Assembly: GCA_051008975.1 (NCBI GenBank)
Contig: JBPCXA010000144.1
Location: 1 to 46,325, forward strand
Origin: Gammaproteobacteria bacterium
GTDB lineage: Bacteria; Pseudomonadota; Gammaproteobacteria; Tethybacterales; Persebacteraceae
Length of the DNA stretch: 46,325 nucleotides
Direction of reading: 5' to 3'
A model generated the notes under the pieces. The model worked only from the letters and a program-made list of their open reading frames with translations. It did not search any database and was not told where the DNA came from. Within the stretch, counting starts at the first letter, position 1. Each line of letters starts with the position of its first letter. Of the stretch, positions 33,524 through 40,524 are shown piece after piece. Position numbers and translations under genes: made by a program.

Positions 33524-33699
33524 CCCCCGCTGACCTCAAATCCGCCCGCAAGCAGCTCGGTCTAACTCAAACACAGCTGGCCGAGCGCTTGCGCATGGGA
33601 AAGAACGGCGGTCGCACCGTTCGACGGTGGGAATCGGGTGACTGCCCGATCCCGGGTCCGGTCGAGGTAGCAATAGAATTTTTGTTACCACAAAGCTGA
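33520..33699 (+). CDS. Small XRE-type helix-turn-helix protein (59 aa), not in the ORF track; candidate operon autoregulator
   Basis: ATGA overlap with the upstream stop. Product MTPADLKSARKQLGLTQTQLAERLRMGKNGGRTVRRWESG... is a canonical HTH_3 pattern. Confidence 0.7.
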   Translation: MTPADLKSARKQLGLTQTQLAERLRMGKNGGRTVRRWESGDCPIPGPVEVAIEFLLPQS

Positions 33700-33888
33700 C
33701 GGACGCGGTTTAAACTGCCCGATTCTCCGGTCCTTAGAACATGGTCTGACAAGCTGGATGGTTTTCCCCCTGGACATATCATATTCGACTGTCAGAGGCG
33801 CACAATTGGGCACACAGGGGGTTGAACGGCTACACCAGATGCCGCAGACCTGGCATAGTGCTTAGCGGCCGCTCATTTCATCCGCTTT

Positions 33889-34270
33889 CCTTATATAGGA
33901 ATCTTGTATTTTAAGATTTAAAATGCAAATACATGTATTTATCAATGATATCAATTACCTACACTTACAGTTTAAAAACGTCTGCATTTTAAATTTAACA
34001 TGCAGTTTATGGTAAGCATGCATAAGGTTTATGGTATCGAGAACCATAAACGGAGTTTATTAATTCTGCATCTTAAATTTAAATTCTACGAAAACCAATT
34101 TAGCCCGGTTTAATTAACATGCAGAAACCATAAACGTTCAAATTCTTAAACCACATGAAACACGTTAAATATATTAAATCTACTATAACCGCCTGCAAAT
34201 ATGACCATTTAATTGAGAGTCTTATAATTGGTATATGTTTGGTTTAAATTTTAAATTTTCGTTTTTTCCC
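33889..34270. promoter_or_regulatory. AT-rich iteron block (candidate origin / packaging-initiation / promoter hub)
   Basis: Striking drop in GC relative to the flanks. No ORF. Repeated TTTATGGT/ACCATAAA (x4), TTAACATGCAG (x2), TTAAATTTAA and CTGCAT-N12-ATGCAG. Confidence 0.6.
34201..34228 (+). promoter_or_regulatory. Possible terS promoter
   Basis: ATGACC-N16-TATAAT. Promoter-like hexamers are easy to find in AT-rich DNA. Confidence 0.3.
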
Positions 34271-34306
34271 ATATAGTAAGAACGGCAAAACTGTGGGGAA
34301 CGAGCG

Positions 34307-34954
34307 ATGCAACTAGCAGAGCGCGAACGAATCAAGCGGGAGCTGCGCGGCAGCTCAAAACGCAAGCGCACACGATACGCCGCAAATCAGCGTTGCCTGT
34401 TCCAAACGACCAAGCTCGAACGGATCAAGGCATTCACGTCACCCTACAGCGCCGAAGCACTCCACATCGCAATCCTGGAGCTGGTCAAGGCCGAGTCACC
34501 AAAAGGCCGGCCGTTCGAGTATTGCCCGATCATCGCTGCCGAGATCTTTCACCAGCTCTGTCAGGGCAAGACGCTGTTCGAAATCTGCGACCAGCCCGGA
34601 ATGCCGATCGTAAATGCGGTCTACGTTTGGGTAGATCGGGTCCAGGACTTCGCTAGGGCGTTCGAACGCGCCAGGTATTATCAGGCCGACGGAATGGCTT
34701 ACCGGGCCATTCAAACGGTCGCAGAATGCCCTAACGACCGCGATGCGGGGTATGTTGCCAGGGTCAAGGCCGAGACGTTTCTGCGGGTCGCAGGACGGCT
34801 GAATCCGGCCAAATGGAGCGAACGCGGCGACAATCAGGCGCCTGTCAACATCTCGATCAACACGAATCTGGACCTGGCCAAGCCTGAATCGAAGCCAGAC
34901 GGCAGTTACGTGGTCACCTTGAACCCGGAAGAGATAAAGAAATCAAAGGACTAG
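34307..34954 (+). CDS. terS: Terminase small subunit
   Basis: ...IFHQLCQGKTLFEICDQPGMPIVNAVYVWV...FARAFERARYYQADGMA...NPAKWSERG matches the common HTH-type TerS pattern. First gene after the large non-coding region. Confidence 0.75.
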   Translation: MQLAERERIKRELRGSSKRKRTRYAANQRCLFQTTKLERIKAFTSPYSAEALHIAILELVKAESPKGRPFEYCPIIAAEIFHQLCQGKTLFEICDQPGMPIVNAVYVWVDRVQDFARAFERARYYQADGMAYRAIQTVAECPNDRDAGYVARVKAETFLRVAGRLNPAKWSERGDNQAPVNISINTNLDLAKPESKPDGSYVVTLNPEEIKKSKD

Positions 34955-35157
34955 CAGTTTATCAGCGCATAACAAACAATATGGAAACTGGCACTCCGGG
35001 GGGGCGGGACCCCCCTGACGGGTCCCATGGCATCGGCCGCGCGCTTTGCCCCACCCCTCTCCGTCCCATCTTCGCGCGCCCGAAAAAATTCTTCCCTCGC
35101 GCGGGAACATCGTTTATGGTCTAAGTCCGCGATTGACAGCAGAGGAGTTTTTGGCTC

Positions 35158-35415
35158 ATGAACATCGACCACGTCGCGGTCTTGGAGGCTCAGGTTGCCG
35201 AGTTGAATCGTTTGGTTTCCGGCATTGATCGCATGCAAAATGCTCACCACCGTTTGCTTGAGGCGCACAACGAGGCGGTTTCAGGCTTGATGGCGCTTGA
35301 GGCGCGGGTTCATTCTCTTGAGCTTCAGATGCGCCACGGCGATGCACTGGTTTCTGCGCCCACATCGATCGGTACTGCGAAGCTCGTACCGCAGGACAAA
35401 ACGGTCATCGAATGA
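35158..35415 (+). CDS. Hypothetical coiled-coil protein (85 aa)
   Basis: AGAGGAG RBS. Heptad-like sequence. Confidence 0.6.
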   Translation: MNIDHVAVLEAQVAELNRLVSGIDRMQNAHHRLLEAHNEAVSGLMALEARVHSLELQMRHGDALVSAPTSIGTAKLVPQDKTVIE

Positions 35416-35666
35416 CCATGACTATGTTCGAGCAGCTGCGTGCGCTTCAGGCCGATGTCGGCAGGCTGACCGGGCGGGTCGCCGCCTTGGAGCGGGGTGC
35501 CGTCGAACCGCCTTCGAATTATGGACGCCCGTCGGATTCTCCGTTCAAGAATTTCGACAGCGATGGTAACCCGATGCCGGGTTTCTGTCCCAACTGCAGT
35601 GTCTCGGCCGGTTCGCGTCATGCGTCGAATTGTGTTGAAGAGGGAGTTTTTCGGTCCGATGCCTGA
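35412..35666 (+). CDS. Hypothetical protein (84 aa), coiled-coil plus C..C...C
   Basis: ATGA coupling. Confidence 0.55.
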   Translation: MTMTMFEQLRALQADVGRLTGRVAALERGAVEPPSNYGRPSDSPFKNFDSDGNPMPGFCPNCSVSAGSRHASNCVEEGVFRSDA

Positions 35667-35880
35667 CGCCCCGACCACCAAGGCGGCGGCCGTGATGCGC
35701 GAGTTTGCCGGAGGCTCCCTCAGGTCCGGGTCCAAGGCGGGTCCTGTGGTAACCGATCCGGCTCAGGCCAAGGCGATCGCCATGAGCGAGAGCGGCCAGT
35801 CGCGGCCCGAGCGGAGGGCGACGCGCGGCTCCGCGCCGATGACGGCTGCGGAGATTGCGCGGGGTTTCAGGAGACTCTGA
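35659..35880 (+). CDS. DUF6496-like small protein (73 aa)
   Basis: VMREFAGGSLRSGSKAGPVVTDPAQAKAIAMSES resembles the H.FK.G.L.SG...KV....QAIAIALSEA pattern. Overlaps the upstream stop by 8 nt. Confidence 0.5.
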   Translation: MPDAPTTKAAAVMREFAGGSLRSGSKAGPVVTDPAQAKAIAMSESGQSRPERRATRGSAPMTAAEIARGFRRL

Positions 35881-36533
35881 TGGTTTTCGCCAATCCCTTT
35901 GACTTTGATGATGATGACGACGATCTGGAGATCGACGGCGGCGGCCTGCCGGCGCCGGTGATTCGGCCGGTAACCCGCGCGAGGCGCCGCCGCGGCGCGT
36001 CGCAGATTACCTCGGTGACGCCGGCCCGGCCTGAGAGGAAGCGGACTCGCGGCGAGCGGGTGAGGCGCAACGTGAAGCGTTTTCTCGGCGCGCCCGATTT
36101 CGTGTTGGAGGATGCGCTCGCCGACCGGCGCACGGCGCGCAACGAGCTTGCCGCTTTCGTCGAGAGCCGGCCGGCCCTGAACGATATCCGATTGCAGCGT
36201 TTCATCGCCCAGTTCAACCGTCAGCTGAACCGCGCCGAGAACCAGGCCGAGAGTGAGGCGGCGGGCGGTTCCGGTCTGTCCAATACACGTTCCCAGCGCC
36301 AGGCCCGGCGCCGTCGCCAGCGCCGCCGTGCGGGCGGCTTCCAGGGCTCGGGTGATATTGATCCTGATCAGCTCGACCGGGCGCTTGCCTTCGGTGCGCC
36401 CCTGCGGCTCGCCCTTGAGTTCGCCCGCGGCCGGGCCTCGCGCCGTGATCTGATCCTGTCGCGGATCCGGGGTGTTCCGGGCGATTCCGCGCCCGGTGTA
36501 TCGGGCGGCGGGTCGGCCGGCGTCGGGCTCTGA
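35880..36533 (+). CDS. Highly basic, low-complexity protein (217 aa)
   Basis: TGATG coupling. Acidic DFDDDDDD N-terminus followed by RRRR/RQRRR tracts. GC3-rich. Confidence 0.55.
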   Translation: MVFANPFDFDDDDDDLEIDGGGLPAPVIRPVTRARRRRGASQITSVTPARPERKRTRGERVRRNVKRFLGAPDFVLEDALADRRTARNELAAFVESRPALNDIRLQRFIAQFNRQLNRAENQAESEAAGGSGLSNTRSQRQARRRRQRRRAGGFQGSGDIDPDQLDRALAFGAPLRLALEFARGRASRRDLILSRIRGVPGDSAPGVSGGGSAGVGL

Positions 36534-37358
36534 ATGACTGGTCGGTCTGAGATCGTGTTGCTGACCGACAACGACCCATTTTGCTGCGACGTTTTGCGCG
36601 CGCGCGTGGCGGACGGCAGCCTCAAGGGTGACGTTTTGCAAAAGGATGTGCGGGAGCTGACCGGCGATGACCTTCGACCTTTTCGCCAAGTCCACTTGTT
36701 TGCCGGAATCGGCGGCTTCGCGCTTGCCCAGAAGTGGAGCGGATGGCCCGAAGACTGGTCCCTCGTCACCGGAGGACCACCCTGCCAGCCGACTTCCATT
36801 GCCGGAGCCCAAAGGGGCGAAGCCGACCCACGTTATCTCTGGCCGGAGATGGCTCGGCTTATTGAAGAACGACAGCCTGATTTCGCGTTGTACGAGAATC
36901 CTACTGGAACGCCCGAGCTGGCGATCGATCGAGTGCTCGTTGACCTGGAAAGCCTCGGGTACGAGGTCGGGGCATACGTTATTCCGGCTTGTGCCGTTGG
37001 AGCGATGCACCAACGGAATCGCTTCTGGATTGTTGCCCACTCTGGCGGCATCGGATGCACGAATGGCGCGAATCTTAACGGATCGTATTCGCAGCCGAGC
37101 ATATCGAACGTCGGGCAACTCGTGGCGTCAAAAGTTCAGGGAAACAGAGAGCTCCAATCTGATGCTCACCAGATCCCTTGCTTTGGAACTGGAATACCTT
37201 ACGGGCGAGAGGAACGAGCGACCTTTATTAGACGTGCACTTTGCCGAGAAGTTCATGGGTTACCCGACGAACTGGACCGAATTGCCGCCCTCGGCAACGC
37301 CATCGTCCCCCAGGTCGCAACCGTCGTCATGAAAGCGATGATTCGGGCAACGCGATGA
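36534..37358 (+). CDS. DNA cytosine-5 methyltransferase (short phage type, 274 aa)
   Basis: Motifs in order: LFAGIGGF (I), GGPPCQPTS (IV), YENP (VI), GAMHQRNRFWIVA (VIII), LGNAIVPQV (X). The stop overlaps the terL ATG. Confidence 0.8.
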   Translation: MTGRSEIVLLTDNDPFCCDVLRARVADGSLKGDVLQKDVRELTGDDLRPFRQVHLFAGIGGFALAQKWSGWPEDWSLVTGGPPCQPTSIAGAQRGEADPRYLWPEMARLIEERQPDFALYENPTGTPELAIDRVLVDLESLGYEVGAYVIPACAVGAMHQRNRFWIVAHSGGIGCTNGANLNGSYSQPSISNVGQLVASKVQGNRELQSDAHQIPCFGTGIPYGREERATFIRRALCREVHGLPDELDRIAALGNAIVPQVATVVMKAMIRATR

Positions 37359-38842
37359 CCGAGGAGATCCGCCGGGTCGATTTTCTGGCCAATCCGATCC
37401 AGAAGCTGTTCATCGAATCGCACGCCCGGGCCGATCTCTTCGCCTCGCGCATGGGCGAGGGCAAGTCGGCCGGCCTCTGCTGGGCCATCGTTTATCATAC
37501 CCGCCACAACCCGGGCGCGTCCTGGGCCTTCATCCGCGATACCTGGGAGAACCTGCGCGATACCTCGCTGGTCGAGTTCCTGCACTGGTTCCCGGCCGGC
37601 ATCTTCGGCACCTGGAAGGCGTCCGACAAGACCTATACCTGGCGCGGCAACGCGGTCGGCCTGCATGGCCGGGTCTACTTCCTCGGCATGGACGACGAGC
37701 GCGATTCCGCCAAGCTGCAGTCGCGCCCCCTGGCCGGGATCGCCATCGACGAGCCGGCTCCGGCCGCCGATTCGGTCGGTGTCTCGGAGATGATCTTCGA
37801 TGTCGGCTTGAGCCGCCTACGCCAGAAGGGCATGAACTGGTATGCGGTCAAGCTGGCGACCAACAACCCGGACGAGACCCACTGGACCCACCGGCGCTTC
37901 GTCGATCCCGGCACGTCCGGCTTCATGTGCTTCCAGCCCAAGGAGCAGGAGAACAAGCACAACCTGCCGCCCGGCTATTACGAGCAGCTGGCCAGCGACT
38001 GGGCCCACCGCCCGGATCTCCGGCGCCGCTTCATCGAGGGCAAGTTCGGCTTCCAGCAGATCGGCAAGGCGGTCGCCAAGGCCTGGAGCGATCAGCTGCA
38101 TCTCGCTTCGCAATTGCAGCCGATAACCCGCCGCGAGTTGATCCTGCTGTGGGATTTCGGGCTCAACCCGACCTGCGTGATCAGCCAGGTGACACCGGCC
38201 GGCGTGTGGAACATCCTTCAGGCTTTCGGCGGCGACGGCATCGGCGTCGAGGAGCTGATCGAGGACGATGTTCTGCCGGCGCTCTCCAAGGACTATCCCT
38301 GGGCGCTCGGCTCGAAGAAGCGCGGCAGGAAGGCGATGCTGCGTCATATCGGCGATTCCATGGGCAAGACGCCCGAGGCCTCGTCGTCGAACCGTTCCGC
38401 GGTCAAGACGCTGCGCCGCATGCTCGGCGGTTCCTGGCGCGACGGGCCGGTGCCTCTGGCCGACGGTGTCGGACCGCTCAACAAGCGGCTTTCCAAGGTC
38501 ACGATCGATGTCGACGGTCGGCCGATCGGGGTCATCCGGGTTGATCGCCTCAAGGCGAAGATCGTCTGGCACGCGCTGCGCGGCGGCTGGCACTTCAAGG
38601 TCTCCAACACCGGCATGGTTTCGCGCGAGCCGAACAAGTTGAGCGTTCACAGCCATCCCGGCGATTGCATGCGTTACGGTGCTGGGGTGCTGTTTCCCAT
38701 GGGCGATGCCGGATCGCGGCGCGGCAAGTATCGCAAGGCGGCCCATGCGAAGTATTTCGAGGCGACCGGTGCCGGCGCTCACGGGCGCGCAAGACCGGGC
38801 TTGATCTTGCCCAAGGAAACGCGCATCATCACCAGACCCTAG
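37355..38842 (+). CDS. terL: Terminase large subunit
   Basis: ATGA overlap with the methyltransferase stop. Walker A-like MGEGKSAG, Walker B-like GIAIDEP, and a nuclease-domain LLWDFG motif. 495 aa. Confidence 0.85.
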   Translation: MTEEIRRVDFLANPIQKLFIESHARADLFASRMGEGKSAGLCWAIVYHTRHNPGASWAFIRDTWENLRDTSLVEFLHWFPAGIFGTWKASDKTYTWRGNAVGLHGRVYFLGMDDERDSAKLQSRPLAGIAIDEPAPAADSVGVSEMIFDVGLSRLRQKGMNWYAVKLATNNPDETHWTHRRFVDPGTSGFMCFQPKEQENKHNLPPGYYEQLASDWAHRPDLRRRFIEGKFGFQQIGKAVAKAWSDQLHLASQLQPITRRELILLWDFGLNPTCVISQVTPAGVWNILQAFGGDGIGVEELIEDDVLPALSKDYPWALGSKKRGRKAMLRHIGDSMGKTPEASSSNRSAVKTLRRMLGGSWRDGPVPLADGVGPLNKRLSKVTIDVDGRPIGVIRVDRLKAKIVWHALRGGWHFKVSNTGMVSREPNKLSVHSHPGDCMRYGAGVLFPMGDAGSRRGKYRKAAHAKYFEATGAGAHGRARPGLILPKETRIITRP

Positions 38843-38873
38843 CTTTGGTTCGGGTGCTAAGCCTCCCTGTTCG

Positions 38874-38907
38874 GGACCGGGCCGGATCCCCCAAGCCGGC
38901 CCGGTCC
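38874..38907 (+). other. Perfect 12-bp GC stem-loop downstream of terL
   Basis: GGACCGGGCCGG-ATCCCCCAAG-CCGGCCCGGTCC. No T-tract follows. The loop CCCCC is complementary to GGGGG at 38909..38913. Confidence 0.7.
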
Positions 38908-38932
38908 TGGGGGTCTCTCTCGGAGAGCTTTC

Positions 38933-39295
38933 ATGGCGGTGCAACAAGGGCGTATCGTTGGGCCCGACAACTATGGAGTTGTCCGCGCCGTCTGGGACAA
39001 CCTCGCCGTCGGCGATACCGGTTCCTGGGTTTCCCTGCCGCAATCCTCCGATCTTACGGTCAACTGCTATGGCAATTTCGGCACTGCCGGGTCGATCGCC
39101 CTGGAGGGCACCGAGGATCCGGCTCAGGCGGCCAACAGCGAGGGTCCGCTGACCGATCCCCAAGGAGTCGACATCGCGATGACCGATTCGCGGCCGGAGC
39201 AGGTGCTCCAGGCACCGAGCTTCATCAGGCCGAACATGGGCGGCACCAGCGGCGGTGACATCACCTGTCGCGTATCGGCGCGGATCCCGAAATGA
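38933..39295 (+). CDS. Hypothetical beta-rich virion-module protein (120 aa)
   Basis: GGAGAG RBS. Confidence 0.6.
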   Translation: MAVQQGRIVGPDNYGVVRAVWDNLAVGDTGSWVSLPQSSDLTVNCYGNFGTAGSIALEGTEDPAQAANSEGPLTDPQGVDIAMTDSRPEQVLQAPSFIRPNMGGTSGGDITCRVSARIPK

Positions 39296-39774
39296 GCGAC
39301 TTCGTCGGGGCGCTGCGCAAGATCAGGAGCCTCAGGGCTTCCTTTGCGCCGCTGCTCGACATCGAGGAGACCCTCGATGTCGCAGTCAGGGCCGAGCGCG
39401 AGCTGGACCAGCTGAATCAACGCCTCATCGAGCTACGCCGTGAGAGTGAAGGGCTTGCCAAGTCGGTCGCCGAGGCCAAGGTGGGCCTGGCGCGGCGCAA
39501 CCGCGAGATCGCCGAGGAGCTGGCCAAGACCGAGCGCACCGCAGGCAACGAGCGACGGCGTCTGGCGGCCGAGATCGCGGCGCTGCAGGCGAGGTTGACC
39601 GAAACTATGGCAACCGGTGAAGCCGAGCAGCGCAAGCGCAGCGACGAGCTGCGCCGGCAGAATGCTGATCTGGTCGCCGAGCGCGACCAGCTGCGCAACC
39701 AGGTCGGCGATGCGCGCCGCTCGCTGGAGAGGATCCAGCAGGACGCTGGCCGGCTGGTTGCCCGTACCGGTTAG
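39292..39774 (+). CDS. Coiled-coil protein (160 aa)
   Basis: ATGA coupling. Long Glu/Arg/Leu/Ala heptad sequence. Confidence 0.6.
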   Translation: MSDFVGALRKIRSLRASFAPLLDIEETLDVAVRAERELDQLNQRLIELRRESEGLAKSVAEAKVGLARRNREIAEELAKTERTAGNERRRLAAEIAALQARLTETMATGEAEQRKRSDELRRQNADLVAERDQLRNQVGDARRSLERIQQDAGRLVARTG

Positions 39775-40079
39775 GGGGCTTTGATGACCTTGGTCACCGG
39801 ATCGTCGCGCTTGCCGCCGATCGTGCCGTCCCAGACGCGGTATTTCTGCCCGCACCGGATGCATTGCACGCCCTGGATGTCGGCTGCCGTGTCGTGCTCG
39901 CCGCGCCGCGGCGAGACGACCACCACGAAGGCCCGGCCCCGGCAATTCGAGCAGTCGAGCGGCAAGTGCTCCAGGTGGGGCAGGAAGATGCTCGCGGCGA
40001 TGCGTTTCGTGCTTGCGCCCGCCTTGGTCTTGGCGTCGCCTTTGAGGCCGGCGCTGAACTCTACGATTCGGGGTGCCAT
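39771..40079 (-). CDS. Reverse-strand zinc-ribbon protein (102 aa) embedded in the virion module
   Basis: About 90 percent G/C at third codon positions on the minus strand. CSNC-N28-CIRC motif. The competing + ORF 39781..40086 is Arg/Ser/Pro-rich noise. Confidence 0.65.
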   Translation of the reverse strand: MAPRIVEFSAGLKGDAKTKAGASTKRIAASIFLPHLEHLPLDCSNCRGRAFVVVVSPRRGEHDTAADIQGVQCIRCGQKYRVWDGTIGGKRDDPVTKVIKAP

Positions 40080-40082
40080 GTC

Positions 40083-40496
40083 ATGACCGATTTCAGTGAT
40101 TTCCTGGAGAACGAACTTCTCGACCACGTTCTGAAGGGACTTGCTTATACCGCGCCGGTGACCGTCGGCCTAGCGCTTTATACCGCGGCCACGACCGATG
40201 CCGGTGGCGGCACCGAGGTGACCAACGCCAACGCTTACGCCCGCCTGGAGGTCGAGGGCGCGACCGGCCGGACATTTTCGGCGGCGGCGGCGGGCACCAC
40301 GGACAACGACCAGGACTGGGACTTCGCCGAGGCGACCGGCAGCTGGGGCACGGTCGGCTGGCTCGCGATCGTCGATTCGATCACCCACGGCGCCGGTAAT
40401 TTCCTGTTCCACGGCGCGGTGACGACCGCCAAGGCGATCGCCAGCGGCGATACCGCACGCTTCGGCACCGGCAACCTGGACGTGACGCTCGACTGA
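40083..40496 (+). CDS. Conserved small phage protein, virion/fibre-associated (137 aa)
   Basis: FLENELLDHVL...YTAP.TV.LALYT...TD.GGGTEV....YAR...........WG.V....I.D....GN.LF.G pattern, recalled from many prophage fibre clusters. Confidence 0.5.
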   Translation: MTDFSDFLENELLDHVLKGLAYTAPVTVGLALYTAATTDAGGGTEVTNANAYARLEVEGATGRTFSAAAAGTTDNDQDWDFAEATGSWGTVGWLAIVDSITHGAGNFLFHGAVTTAKAIASGDTARFGTGNLDVTLD

Positions 40497-40524
40497 TCAA
40501 GTTGCCGAGGACTGGGAGAATCAC

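Noticed and set aside
35763-37118. Very long antisense ORFs: 35763..37118 (451 aa), 37817..39163 (448 aa), 3901..4953, 4972..6141, 8387..9490 and many others on the minus strand
   Set aside because: They lie opposite + strand genes with clear motifs (methyltransferase, terminase, tail proteins). Their products are Arg/Pro/Gly/Ala-rich low-complexity sequences typical of shadow ORFs in GC-rich DNA, and they lack RBS-associated starts.
37241-37354. Upstream extension of the terminase large subunit ORF (start 37241)
   Set aside because: The extension (MPRSSWVTRRTGPNCRPRQRHR...) is Arg/Pro-rich noise lying inside the methyltransferase gene. ATG 37355 overlaps the methyltransferase stop, and the recognisable TerL sequence begins there.
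39781-40086. + strand ORF of 101 aa filling the gap between the coiled-coil gene and the gene at 40083
   Set aside because: Its product is Ser/Arg/Pro-rich with poor codon bias. The opposite strand has about 90 percent GC3 and a zinc-ribbon motif.
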